A stretch of 64,000 bases of DNA from Oscillospiraceae bacterium (lineage in GTDB: Bacteria > Bacillota > Clostridia > Oscillospirales > Acutalibacteraceae), in contig JAIRXF010000009.1 in assembly GCA_031268405.1 (NCBI GenBank), positions 21,053 through 85,052 of the forward strand. The letters run 5' to 3'. This document shows, piece by piece, positions 34,788 to 45,075 of this stretch. The number at the start of each line of letters is the position of its first letter. Position 1 is the first letter of the stretch. Below the pieces are notes generated by a model, which saw only the letters and a list, made by a program, of their open reading frames with translations, did not search any database and was not told where the DNA came from. Made by a program: the position numbers and the translations under genes.

Positions 34788-35170
34788 TTGTTTTTTAATT
34801 TGTGGTGTTTGTGTGAGTTTAGATTTTAAGCGAATGACACTCGACGAAACAAGTTCATAGATAGATTATTTGTATTTGGCTTGTTGCGGACTTTGTTGTA
34901 CGCTGTTTCTTGGGCCCGTCCATATGTTTTGTCTATTTTATTTTGTGGGTTTATAATTTTAAGCTCTTGTTTTTTGATTTGTGGTGTTTGGTTTTTAAGC
35001 TGATAATGTTTAATGCAACAGGTTCATAGATGGACCGTTTGTATTTGGCTTGTCGCAAGCTTTTCTATATGCTGCTTTTTGGTCCCTATACGTTGTGTAT
35101 TTTATTTTGTGAGTTTATAATTTTAAGCTTTTGTTTTTTTAATTTATGTTATTTATGTGAGTTTTCTATA
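34788..35170 (+). repeat. tandem direct repeat of about 2.2 copies (units start at 34788, 34967 and 35131; periods 179 and 164 nt)
   Basis: By-eye alignment shows shared blocks: TTGTTTTTTRATTTGTGGTGTTTG, GTTCATAGATRGA, TTTGTATTTGGCTTGT and TATTTTATTTTGTGRGTTTATAATTTTAAGCT. Confidence 0.8.
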
Positions 35171-35798
35171 TTCAAACGGTATTTGTGATGTGGTGAATTT
35201 TAATTTTGAATGCTTGTTTTGCGTATTGCAATTATTAAAACCCCGAGAGCTATGTTTATGTTTTACTTTTGCTTGTCGAATTTTTATTTTTCTTGGTTTT
35301 TTATAGCTTTATTAGGGCAAGATTCCATGATGCGTTTATTTTAGGCTTATCGTTCGCGCTCTGCTCAAACAGATTTTAAAGATTTTTGAGTGATTGATAT
35401 TTTAACTTGATTGTGTTTTTATCCGCTGAAGATGCAACAAAGTAAGATTTGTGTTGGGGAGTTTATTGTTTTAAGTGCTGCCGTACTTTACGATTTGCTT
35501 ATTTTTTTGCTTGTACATAGTTCTCGAATGTTGTAAAATCTTACATGTGATTATTTTATAAGATGTTTATGGAATGTTACGTGTTTCTGGGCTTAAAATT
35601 TTATTATTAATTTCTAAGTTTCAACAAAAGGTATTTGAGATTTTGATTTGTTTTTTGTTGTGATTGCGAAAATTTATTTAAAGACCTTGGATTACGCTTT
35701 TGGTTTTGTAATATTGGGTGAAAATTTGAATTTGCAGACCTTTGTTTTAATTAAATATTTAAAACGCTTGGCTTTTTTGTTTTAATTTATCCTCTGAG

Positions 35799-36863
35799 AT
35801 GGGAGTGAAAATTGCTATGTTGTCCAGATTCTCTTCGAATGTTATACTTTCAAAAGTTCGCGCCATGTATTCAAGACGAATGACAACCAAGGATTACAGT
35901 TCTTTGTTAAATTGCAAGAATGTGGGAGAAATTGCAGCTTTTTTAAAACAGCAATCTAGCGAGTATTCTCAGATTTTAACACCCATCAACGAGAACGATG
36001 TACACAGAGGTCAACTAGAAAATCTTATTCGAAAGAAAATATTTCGCGACAGTTTATCCATTTGTAGATATGAACTTTCCGTTGGTGAACATTTTTCCGA
36101 ATATATAATTAAGAGTACAGAGATAGAGCAAATTCTCCATACAATTAGATTGATTTTAGCCGGTAAGTCACCAGATCTTATTTACACTATGCCGATTTTT
36201 TTTACCAAACACACAAGTATAGATTTCCCCTTGCTTACAAAAGTTAAGAATCAAGAAGAATTTTTAGATACCATAAAAGGGTCGGATTATGGTCGAATTT
36301 TGCACAAATTTAAATCACAGCTCTGCAATAAAGAAAGTGTGTTGACGGAAATTGAGGTTGAACTTTACGGTTATCTTTACGGCAATATATATAGAGTTAT
36401 CGGGCGATATATACACGGTAATACAAAAAAAGAACTCTGCAAAATTTTTGATTCTTACATAGATTTATTTAATTTTGTTACTATAGTGAGAATGAAAAGA
36501 TATTATAATATGAGTTTTAATTGCATGAAATTGGTTTTATTGCCCTTTGGGACATTGAAACAAAAATATTTACATGCTATGATCGAAGCGAGTGATTATA
36601 AGGAAGTTGTCGAGATAATGAAAAATACAACTGCTGGGAAAAAACTTGACAGCATAGAATATGGTTCGATCGATGAGTTACCCCTAAAATTGAGTAATAA
36701 AATCTGTAGTCATTATATAAGATTTTCCTCCAATCCATCGGTTGTTATGTTTTCTTATATCAATCTTACAAAAGTTGAGCTTTCCAATATTATAAATATA
36801 ATAGAGGGTGTAAGATATAGGGTTTCAAGCGAGGAGATTGTTAAAATTTTAACTCTAAATTGA
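35799..36863 (+). CDS. ntpC: V/A-type ATPase subunit C (AC39/d family)
   Basis: About 350 aa, all-helical. The N-terminus, LSKVRAMYSRRMTTKDYSSLL...VGEIAAFL, is typical of AC39-type subunits. It heads the V-ATPase cluster. Confidence 0.7.
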   Translation: MGVKIAMLSRFSSNVILSKVRAMYSRRMTTKDYSSLLNCKNVGEIAAFLKQQSSEYSQILTPINENDVHRGQLENLIRKKIFRDSLSICRYELSVGEHFSEYIIKSTEIEQILHTIRLILAGKSPDLIYTMPIFFTKHTSIDFPLLTKVKNQEEFLDTIKGSDYGRILHKFKSQLCNKESVLTEIEVELYGYLYGNIYRVIGRYIHGNTKKELCKIFDSYIDLFNFVTIVRMKRYYNMSFNCMKLVLLPFGTLKQKYLHAMIEASDYKEVVEIMKNTTAGKKLDSIEYGSIDELPLKLSNKICSHYIRFSSNPSVVMFSYINLTKVELSNIINIIEGVRYRVSSEEIVKILTLN

Positions 36864-36870
36864 CTTAGAA

Positions 36871-38841
36871 TTGTTGAAAAGAGGCGTTTGGGTTTTGGCT
36901 GTTTCTGAGATTCGCGTTATAAGTATTATAGGAATTATGTCCAGTCTTGATTTTGTGGTCAGGGCTTGTGGGGAGTCTTGCTCTTTTCACCCCGATGATG
37001 CTCTCTCTTTTTACACAGGTCATGAAGAGATAAAAAATTTTTTGCCAGTTACGGAGAAGAATCCTTTTAGCGAACCACTGAAAATCTTAAAAGATCTTGC
37101 TAAATCGGTTGATTTTCCGTTGAGGATTGTTGATTTAGAGTCTGACATAGAAAAAGAAGATATAGAAGAGTTTGTGAATTATTCAATAGAAAATCTTGGA
37201 AATTTGTTGAAAATTAAGCGGGAAATTTCAAAAAATATAAGTAATTGTGAGAAATCTTTAGCTCGAATATCTCACTTTGTTGGCAAAGATATTGATCTTG
37301 GCGAAATTAATGCGTGCTGCTATTTAAAAAGCCGTTTTGGACGCATAAGTAAAGAAAATTTTAAAAAAACAGAAAACAATTTTGATAATCCATATATTTT
37401 ATTTTTTCCACTTACGAGCGATGAAAATTATTTCTGGGGAGTGTATTTTTGCCCCATTGAAAATTTAGAAGAGATAGATGGAATTTTTTCGAGCCTTGGT
37501 TTTGAAGAATTAGATATTCTTGGCATATGTGGCACACCAGAACAGAAGATCGAAAAAATTAATAAGCAGATTAAAGAATACAAAGTGCGATTTCATAAGG
37601 TTAACCGAGAAATTTCTCATTTTTTAGAAATAAATCAAGATAGATTCTTGAAGTTTTATACCAGATTGTTAGAATTTAAAGAATATTTTGATATCAAGAA
37701 TCATGTTTTCAGATATAACAATAGCTTTATATTGGTGGGGTGGGTACTTGCCGATAAAGCGGACGCGTTAAAGGAAAAGTTGCAGGATATACAGGGTGTT
37801 GAATCGGAGGTTGAAAATCCCCAAGAAGCCATTGGTCATGATCCTCCCGTTAAGCTTAGTAATAATCTAATATTTAGGCCGTTTGAGATTTTTACTCAGA
37901 TGTACGGAGTCCCAGATTATGATGGATTTGATCCGACACCCTTGTTGGCGGTTACTTATACTGTGATTTTTGGAATTATGTTTGGCGATGTGGGGCAAGG
38001 TTTAGTTTTGGCAATCGCCGGATATTTTATTTGCCGCTTGAAGAAAATAGATGCCGGTAAGATTTTAATTTTTTGCGGAGCTTTTTCGATGATTTTTGGC
38101 TTTGTTTACGGGTCATTTTTTGGCTTTGAACATGCTCTTGATCCGGTGTACGAGAAATTTTTTGATATGCATGAAAAACCAATAGAGGTTATGCTTCCCG
38201 AGAATATCAACAAGATGCTTATTTACTCAATATCAATAGGTTGTGTTTTAATACCGATGGCCATGTGCATAAATATTTTTTGTTGTCTTAAGAGAAACCG
38301 ATTAATCGATGCTGTTTTGGGGCGAAATGGTCTATCTGGGTTAATTTTTTATTTGTCGATTGTCTCCCTTGTTATATCTCATCAGATGAAAATGAGCCTT
38401 GGTTTATTTCTGCCTCTTTATATCTTCTTTTTAATAATTTGTCCATTGGCATGTATTTTCCTTAAAAAGCCGCTTGGTAACTGGATTTTCGATAGAGAAA
38501 ACGTTATAGAAATAGACTGGGGAGAGTATCTCATAGAAAATACTATTGAGCTTTTGTTTGAAACCATTCTGGGTTTTGTTTCCAATACATTATCATTTTT
38601 GAGAATAGGAGTTTTTGTCTTAGTTCACGCGGGGATGATGTCGGTGGTGTTCGGGTTAGCTCAAATGTGCGGCGGACTTGGATATTGTTTGATAGTGGTT
38701 TTAGGTAATGTTTTGGTAATGGTTTTAGAAGCGCTTTTGGTAGGCATTCAAGTTATGAGGCTTGAGTTATACGAATTATTCAGTAGATTTTTTAATGAAC
38801 ATGGTCCAGAATTTAAACCAGTTTCAATTGGAACGGGATGA
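36871..38841 (+). CDS. ntpI: V/A-type ATPase subunit I (a-type stator/proton channel)
   Basis: A soluble N-terminal half, then a polytopic C-terminal half with LSFLRIGVFVLVHAGM, the conserved Arg-containing helix. Confidence 0.85.
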   Translation: MLKRGVWVLAVSEIRVISIIGIMSSLDFVVRACGESCSFHPDDALSFYTGHEEIKNFLPVTEKNPFSEPLKILKDLAKSVDFPLRIVDLESDIEKEDIEEFVNYSIENLGNLLKIKREISKNISNCEKSLARISHFVGKDIDLGEINACCYLKSRFGRISKENFKKTENNFDNPYILFFPLTSDENYFWGVYFCPIENLEEIDGIFSSLGFEELDILGICGTPEQKIEKINKQIKEYKVRFHKVNREISHFLEINQDRFLKFYTRLLEFKEYFDIKNHVFRYNNSFILVGWVLADKADALKEKLQDIQGVESEVENPQEAIGHDPPVKLSNNLIFRPFEIFTQMYGVPDYDGFDPTPLLAVTYTVIFGIMFGDVGQGLVLAIAGYFICRLKKIDAGKILIFCGAFSMIFGFVYGSFFGFEHALDPVYEKFFDMHEKPIEVMLPENINKMLIYSISIGCVLIPMAMCINIFCCLKRNRLIDAVLGRNGLSGLIFYLSIVSLVISHQMKMSLGLFLPLYIFFLIICPLACIFLKKPLGNWIFDRENVIEIDWGEYLIENTIELLFETILGFVSNTLSFLRIGVFVLVHAGMMSVVFGLAQMCGGLGYCLIVVLGNVLVMVLEALLVGIQVMRLELYELFSRFFNEHGPEFKPVSIGTG

Positions 38842-39006
38842 AAGTTATTGTGTAAATAAATGTTTACAGAGTTGCCGAAATTATAGAAGTTTCTTTTGAT
38901 TGTTGGTTTTTAAAATCACTTAATTTGAGAGTTTGAAATTGTAGTTTTAAGAACGATAAAACGCCATTTTATTCTAGATTTAAAATTTTCTTCAGGGGGT
39001 TTTGTA

Positions 39007-39435
39007 ATGGAAATTCTATTAACAGTTTTCCCGGCGGTATTTTTGGTTTTGTCGGTTTTTATTTCATTTTGTGCTGTAAGGTTTGGTAGCAATCCAAAGA
39101 AGGTTTTAATCAAACAAATTTCTTCTTTTGCCCTTGTTATTGTGTTGTATTTTCTTCTTCCAATTGCAACTTTTGCTCAAGGGGCTGATGCTACAAGTTC
39201 TAGTGGAACTGCTTTTGGGGTGGGAAAGGGGCTTGTTGCTATAGGTTCCGCATTATCCATAGGTTTGTGTGGTCTTGGCAGTGGGATTGCCGTTTCAGCC
39301 TCTGTTCCCGCGGCTATTGGAGCCACATCAGAAGATCCCAAAATGTTTGCAAAATCCCTTATATTTGTTGCTTTGGGAGAAGCTATTGCCCTATATGGTA
39401 TAGTAATTTCCTTTATGCTCGCGGCGAAAATTTAA
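39007..39435 (+). CDS. ntpK: V/A-type ATPase proteolipid subunit K/c (single hairpin with N-terminal extension)
   Basis: C-terminal GLGSGIAVSASVPAAIGATSEDP...ALGEAIALYGIVISFML carries the carboxylate Glu. About 65 aa of hydrophobic extension precede it. Confidence 0.8.
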   Translation: MEILLTVFPAVFLVLSVFISFCAVRFGSNPKKVLIKQISSFALVIVLYFLLPIATFAQGADATSSSGTAFGVGKGLVAIGSALSIGLCGLGSGIAVSASVPAAIGATSEDPKMFAKSLIFVALGEAIALYGIVISFMLAAKI

Positions 39436-39658
39436 ATTTGGTTGAGTAACGGTGATGAGCAATTTAAAAACATGTATTCGGTTTTGGAATTTTACCCCTT
39501 AATTTGATTGTCAAAATTTACCAAATAAGATTAATGTTGAGTTTGGGGGGGTTATTTAAGATCAAATCAAGATCTCAATATTAATTATTGCCTCATAATG
39601 TGCCTGAATTTTTGAATGTCGAAATTACAATCTGTGAACAAAATTTATAATTGGGAGG

Positions 39659-39970
39659 TTGTGTTTTGTGTGTTTTTTTCTGATAAGTGATAATATAGAC
39701 ACAATTGTTGGCATGAGACTTGTTGGAATTGAAGGAGTACTTGCTCATGAAAATGACGAAGTAGAAAATGCCCTGAAAGAAGCTGTAAAGAACAAAGAAA
39801 TAGCCATTATATTGATTACAGAAAGGCTGGTTAGTCTTTGTTTTGAATTGGTTTACAAGCTCAAATTAAACAGAAAACCCCTAATAATTGAAATACCAGA
39901 CAGACATCACAACCGAACCAAAGATTCTATATCATCTTATGTTCGCGATGCCATAGGTTTAAAGATTTGA
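39659..39970 (+). CDS. V/A-type ATPase subunit F (likely start GTG 39668)
   Basis: About 100 aa. ISDNIDTIVGMRLVGIEGV matches the D-x-D-T-v-x-G-F-x-L-x-G-I pattern of F subunits. Confidence 0.7.
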   Translation: MCFVCFFLISDNIDTIVGMRLVGIEGVLAHENDEVENALKEAVKNKEIAIILITERLVSLCFELVYKLKLNRKPLIIEIPDRHHNRTKDSISSYVRDAIGLKI

Positions 39971-40023
39971 GTTTTGCTTTTGGGGGGTGCTTTGGTTGAG
40001 GGTTTTGGGGAGGTGTTTAAATA

Positions 40024-40617
40024 ATGCTGAATAAAGTTGAAAAAACAAATAACTTCTTAAATGCCATAAATAAATATGCCGAGGAGCAGCGTACAAAAAT
40101 TAGAGGCGAAGGTAAAGATTTCAAAGAAAAAGAGCTTGAAAAGGCAGAGAGAGAAGCTTTAAGAGAGGCTTATCTTTTGATTCAGAAGGAAATGGCCACC
40201 GTTAAAAGTGAAGTAGAAAGCGATATTTCAAAAGAAGAATTAGCGAGTAGGGGAAAAATCTCTCAAGAAAAAGAGAGAATTTGCAAAGAGATTTTTGAAT
40301 TTTCGAAAAAAACTTTAATTAAATTTACCAAAAGCAATCAATACCCCGTAATGGTTGAAAATTCTGTAAGAAAAATATTTGAATTTGGTGTGCAAGATGC
40401 TACTTTTTATATTAGGTCGGAAGATTCCAATCTTTCCCAAAACATAAAAGCCGTTTTCCCAGGAGAGTGCAAAATAGTGCTCGCGAATGAGATTGAAATA
40501 GGGGGAATAAAAGCATTTAGTCATAAATCAAATTTTTTTATAGACGAGACTTTGGATAAGAAACTCCAAAGTCAGGAAAAATGGTTTGCCGCTAATTGTG
40601 GTATAAGTTTGATTTGA
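40024..40617 (+). CDS. ntpE: V/A-type ATPase subunit E
   Basis: 197 aa with a long charged N-terminal coiled coil and a globular C-terminus. Assigned partly on operon context. Confidence 0.65.
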   Translation: MLNKVEKTNNFLNAINKYAEEQRTKIRGEGKDFKEKELEKAEREALREAYLLIQKEMATVKSEVESDISKEELASRGKISQEKERICKEIFEFSKKTLIKFTKSNQYPVMVENSVRKIFEFGVQDATFYIRSEDSNLSQNIKAVFPGECKIVLANEIEIGGIKAFSHKSNFFIDETLDKKLQSQEKWFAANCGISLI

Positions 40618-40791
40618 TTTTCAAATGAATTTTTGAAGTCCTAATTGAATGCGAGTGTGAGTTTTTAATTCTGTTGTTTTAAATGTGTATCAGCCCTTTT
40701 TATCTAGTGTTTATTAAAATTGGTTCGTTTTGGTTTTTGCATAAAATGCGAGAAGGAATGTGTTAAATTTGTTCTGATTGGGGATGTGTTT

Positions 40792-42558
40792 GTGAGTAGT
40801 ACGGATGTCGTCCATGGAATCAATGGTCCCATTGTTACCGTTAAAGATAGCAAAGAATTTTTAATGATGGAGCTAGTATCTGTTGGCGAATCGCGACTTA
40901 TTGGCGAGGTTATTGGTATAACCGAAGATTTAGTAACAATTCAGGTGTATGAAGATACCACCGGTCTTAGGCCCGGAGAGCCGGTTGTTGGGAGCAAAAG
41001 GCCCATGAGCGCAAGGCTTGGCCCGGGGATTATGAGCAATATTTTTGATGGTATTCAAAGACCTTTATTAGATATAGAAAAACAATCAAACAGTGCCTTT
41101 ATAGATAAGACTGCAAATGTTTTAAAACTTGATGAAGAAAGACTTTTTGAAGTAACCATCGTGGTTTCTATTGGCAATAAACTTTCATCTGGGCAGATTT
41201 ATGCAACGTGCCCCGAGACCGAAATTATACTTCATAAATGTATGGTTCCCCCGGGAGTTTCCGGCGAAGTTATTAATGTTATGGAGGATGGAAAATACAA
41301 AATAAACGATGTTGTGGTTATTTTGAAAGATGATGATTCAAATATTTACGAGCTGACGCTTTGTCAAAATTGGCCCATACGAACTCCAAGGCCAGTTAGC
41401 AAACGACTTTTAGCCAGTGTTCCGTTGGTTACCGGTCAGAGGGTTTTTGATTCACTTTTCCCGATCGCAAAAGGTGGTGCGGCTGCGGTTCCCGGTGGGT
41501 TTGGTGCGGGGAAAACTATGACTCAACACCAGCTTGCCAAGTGGTGCGATGCAGATATTATTGTATATGTGGGATGTGGTGAACGGGGCAACGAGATGTG
41601 TCAGGTTTTGAATGAATTCTCAGAACTTATAGACCCCAAATCTGGCAGACCAATGACCGACAGAACCGTGTTGATTGCCAATACTTCAAACATGCCGGTT
41701 GCCGCTAGAGAAGCTTCGATTTATACTGGCATCACACTCGCGGAGTATTATAGAGATATGGGTTATCATGTTGCAATGATGGCCGATTCAACCTCCAGAT
41801 GGGCAGAGGCCCTGAGGGAAATTTCAGGCCGTCTCGAAGAAATGCCCGCCGAAGAGGGTTTTCCAGCTTACTTACCCTCCCGACTTTCCGAGTTTTATGA
41901 ACGAGCATCCAGAGTAAAGACTTTAAGTGGAGCGGAAGGATCAATAACCGTTATTGGCGCCGTTTCGCCCCAAGGTGCGGATTTTTCCGAGCCGGTCACT
42001 CAGAATACCAAAAGATTTACGAGGTGCTTCTGGGCTCTTGATAAGACTCTTGCATATGTCAGACATTATCCAGCCGTTAATTGGATGACCAGTTACAGCG
42101 AATATTTTAGCGACCTTGATCCGTGGTTTACAAGAAATTTAGGGTATGAATTTATTGACTATCGAAAGAAAATTAGTGAAATTTTACACGAAGAAGACAA
42201 GCTCATGGAAATAGTAAAGTTAGTTGGATCCGATGTTTTGCCCGATGATCAAAAACTTGTTATAGAAATTGCAAAAATTATAAGAGTGGGTTTTTTACAG
42301 CAAAACGCTTTTCACAAAGAAGATACTTTTGTTCCACTGAACAAACAAAAACAAATGATGAGAATTATTTTGTATCTCAACCAAAAAGCCAAACATCTAA
42401 TATCTTCTTCGGTGCCAATTTCAAAACTTATAAAACTTGGAATGTTTGAAAAGCTAACAAAAATGAAATACGATATTCCCAATGATAAGTTAGAAATGTT
42501 TGATGATTATATAAAAGAAATAGACGAAAAATTTGAAACTATTTTTAAAGAGATTTAG
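40792..42558 (+). CDS. ntpA: V/A-type ATPase catalytic subunit A (GTG start at 40792)
   Basis: GINGPIVTV, the non-homologous insert, P-loop PGGFGAGKTM, and MADSTSRWAEALREISGRLEEMP. Confidence 0.95.
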   Translation: MSSTDVVHGINGPIVTVKDSKEFLMMELVSVGESRLIGEVIGITEDLVTIQVYEDTTGLRPGEPVVGSKRPMSARLGPGIMSNIFDGIQRPLLDIEKQSNSAFIDKTANVLKLDEERLFEVTIVVSIGNKLSSGQIYATCPETEIILHKCMVPPGVSGEVINVMEDGKYKINDVVVILKDDDSNIYELTLCQNWPIRTPRPVSKRLLASVPLVTGQRVFDSLFPIAKGGAAAVPGGFGAGKTMTQHQLAKWCDADIIVYVGCGERGNEMCQVLNEFSELIDPKSGRPMTDRTVLIANTSNMPVAAREASIYTGITLAEYYRDMGYHVAMMADSTSRWAEALREISGRLEEMPAEEGFPAYLPSRLSEFYERASRVKTLSGAEGSITVIGAVSPQGADFSEPVTQNTKRFTRCFWALDKTLAYVRHYPAVNWMTSYSEYFSDLDPWFTRNLGYEFIDYRKKISEILHEEDKLMEIVKLVGSDVLPDDQKLVIEIAKIIRVGFLQQNAFHKEDTFVPLNKQKQMMRIILYLNQKAKHLISSSVPISKLIKLGMFEKLTKMKYDIPNDKLEMFDDYIKEIDEKFETIFKEI

Positions 42559-42658
42559 TGAGATGTACAGTTGAATTGTGAAGTAAAGCGCCACTTTACT
42601 TACACGTTTTATCAATCTTAATTGATGTGAATTTTGCAAAACTCAAGAGGTGCTATAG

Positions 42659-44095
42659 ATGATTATAAATTATATTGGCGCAAAAGAAATAAATGGCTCG
42701 TTATTGGTGTTGGATGGCGTTACAAACGCATCATTTGACGAAGTAGTTGAGATTGATATAGATGGAGGAATGAGGAGATATGGAAGAATAATTCAAATTG
42801 ATGGTCAGCGAATTGTTATACAAGTTTTTGAGGGAACAGAGTCAATGTCGCTTAAAAACGTAAGCACTTATTTAACTGGTCGTCCCATGGAATTACCACT
42901 TTCTCCCGAAATTTTAGGGCGCACTTTTGATGGTGCGGGAAGACCTATTGATGCATTGGGAGAAATATTTCCCGTAATGCAACTTAATGTAAATGGTAGA
43001 CCGATGAACCCGGTATCAAGAATATACCCCAGAAGTTATATTAACACCGGTATTTCTGCGATTGATGTGCTGGCAACGCTCATACGAGGACAAAAATTGC
43101 CAATATTTTCAGGATCTGGCATGAGACACAATGATCTTGCGGCGCAAATTGTCAGACAAGCGAGGATATCCGACGAAAATGAAGACAATTTTGCCATCGT
43201 ATTTGCTGCAATGGGAGTAAAAAATGATGTTGCAGATTTTTTCAAGGAAAGTTTTCAAAATTCCGGTGTTCTTTCAAGGGTTGTAACATTTTTAAATCTT
43301 TCGAACGATCCAATAGTAGAGAGAATATTGGTACCGCGTTGTGCTTTAACAGCCGCTGAATACCTGGCCTTTGAACTCAACAAACATGTTCTTGTTGTTA
43401 TGACAGACATGACGTCTTATGCAGAAGCTTTGCGTGAACTCAGTTCCTCCAAAGGAGAAATTCCCGGTAGAAAAGGGTACCCTGGTTATTTGTATTCTGA
43501 TCTTGCTTCGCTTTACGAAAGAGCCGGCATGATAAAAGGGAAAAGCGGTTCGGTAACGCAAATACCGATTCTTACCATACCAAACGACGATATCACTCAT
43601 CCGATTCCGGATTTGACCGGGTATATAACAGAAGGGCAAATAGTTCTTGATAAATCTCTATCGGGGAAAGGAATTTACCCCAATATTTCTGTGCTTTCTT
43701 CTCTTTCTCGATTAATGAAAGATGGCATAGGTGAGGGTTTTACGCGGCATGATCACCCCGCCCTATCGAATCAAATTTTTGCTTCATACGCCAAAGTTAT
43801 GGATGTAATTTCTCTATCATCTGTTATTGGAGAAGATGAACTTTCTTCAATAGATAAAAAATATCTAAAGTTTGGTCGTTTGCTTGAGTCAAAATTTATA
43901 AATCAAGCTTCCAGTGAAAATCGGTCGATCGATCAAAGTCTTGATCTTGCTTGGCTGTTAATTTCTTCTCTCCCCAAGTCGGAACTTAACAGATTGGATG
44001 ACGATTTATTAAACACATATTATCGCGATGAAGATAAAATGGAAAAAGGAAAAGTTGTTTTAAGCGCTGCATTGGACGAGCTTTCTAAGAATTAA
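42659..44095 (+). CDS. ntpB: V/A-type ATPase subunit B
   Basis: [37 protein letters not shown] and [11 protein letters not shown]. Confidence 0.95.
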   Translation: MIINYIGAKEINGSLLVLDGVTNASFDEVVEIDIDGGMRRYGRIIQIDGQRIVIQVFEGTESMSLKNVSTYLTGRPMELPLSPEILGRTFDGAGRPIDALGEIFPVMQLNVNGRPMNPVSRIYPRSYINTGISAIDVLATLIRGQKLPIFSGSGMRHNDLAAQIVRQARISDENEDNFAIVFAAMGVKNDVADFFKESFQNSGVLSRVVTFLNLSNDPIVERILVPRCALTAAEYLAFELNKHVLVVMTDMTSYAEALRELSSSKGEIPGRKGYPGYLYSDLASLYERAGMIKGKSGSVTQIPILTIPNDDITHPIPDLTGYITEGQIVLDKSLSGKGIYPNISVLSSLSRLMKDGIGEGFTRHDHPALSNQIFASYAKVMDVISLSSVIGEDELSSIDKKYLKFGRLLESKFINQASSENRSIDQSLDLAWLLISSLPKSELNRLDDDLLNTYYRDEDKMEKGKVVLSAALDELSKN

Positions 44096-44374
44096 TAGAG
44101 TTTATTTTTTGCTAAATTTGAGGACAAAATTATTTTGTAGTTTCGAAAGATTTAAAAGGTAAATTGAAAATTTATGTTATGAATTGGATTAAAATTGTAG
44201 TTAATTAGTTTTTAGAAAACCCTGTGTTTTTGTATTTTTACCAGACGCTTTAAAGTTCACGAATGTTACCGTGTTTTTTAATTTTAAATTACTGTATTAC
44301 TTTTAAAATCAATTAGCAACAAAAAAATTTATGCAACTGACGATAAATCTTATTGTAACGAAGGAGCTTGAATT

Positions 44375-44983
44375 GTGGGTAATCAAGTTTTTCCAACGAA
44401 AGGAAATTTAATAAGCACGAAGAAATCCTTAGAACTTGCAAGAGTTGGTTTTGAACTTCTTGACAAAAAAAGAAATATTTTGGTAAGAGAATTGATGATT
44501 CTTATAGATCACGCCAATAAAATACAAGAAGAAATAGATGCTTGTTATGGTAAAGCGTATCTTGCGTTGCAAAAAGCAAATATGACGCTTGGAATTTGTC
44601 AGGAACTTTCATCAACCACCCCGATTGATGACACACTAAAGCTTTCTTATAGAAGTGTAATGGGGGTGGAAATCCCGATTGTCTCCATAAAAAAATCCGA
44701 GATGAACAATATTCCATTTGGCGTTATGTTTACAAATTCCAATCTTGATAAGACATACAGGCTTTTTCTTGAAGTTAAACAAAAAACAGCTAAACTTTCT
44801 GAGGCAGAAAATAGTGTATATCGACTTGCCAAGTCCATCAAAAAGACCCAAAAAAGAGCAAATGCACTTAAAAATGTGATTATCCCAAGATTCGAAAAGA
44901 CTGTAAAATTTATAAATGATGTGCTTGATGAAAAAGATAGGGAAGATTTTTCAAGATTAAAAGTTATTAAAAAGAAAGGTTAA
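44375..44983 (+). CDS. ntpD: V/A-type ATPase subunit D
   Basis: PTKGNLISTKKSLELARVGFELLDKKRNILV, with the C-terminal RANALKNVIIPRFEKT. Confidence 0.9.
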   Translation: MGNQVFPTKGNLISTKKSLELARVGFELLDKKRNILVRELMILIDHANKIQEEIDACYGKAYLALQKANMTLGICQELSSTTPIDDTLKLSYRSVMGVEIPIVSIKKSEMNNIPFGVMFTNSNLDKTYRLFLEVKQKTAKLSEAENSVYRLAKSIKKTQKRANALKNVIIPRFEKTVKFINDVLDEKDREDFSRLKVIKKKG

Positions 44984-45035
44984 TAGAGTTTTGCAAAGCT
45001 ATTTAAAATAGATTTAGATTCAAATTATACAATCA

Positions 45036-45064
45036 CCCCCCGAAGAAGGGGGGCGTAGTTTTTT
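45036..45064 (+). terminator. terminator hairpin between the convergent ntpD and sleC-like genes
   Basis: CCCCCC (45036-45041), loop gaagaa, GGGGGG (45048-45053), then cgtagTTTTTT. Confidence 0.55.
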
Positions 45065-45075
45065 AAAATATTAAA

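Noticed and set aside
34788-35170. Possible CRISPR array, suggested by the repeated sequence in a long non-coding region.
   Set aside because: The units are about 164-179 nt, directly abutting and divergent (roughly 75 percent identical). There are no short conserved repeats alternating with unique spacers, and no cas genes in the window.
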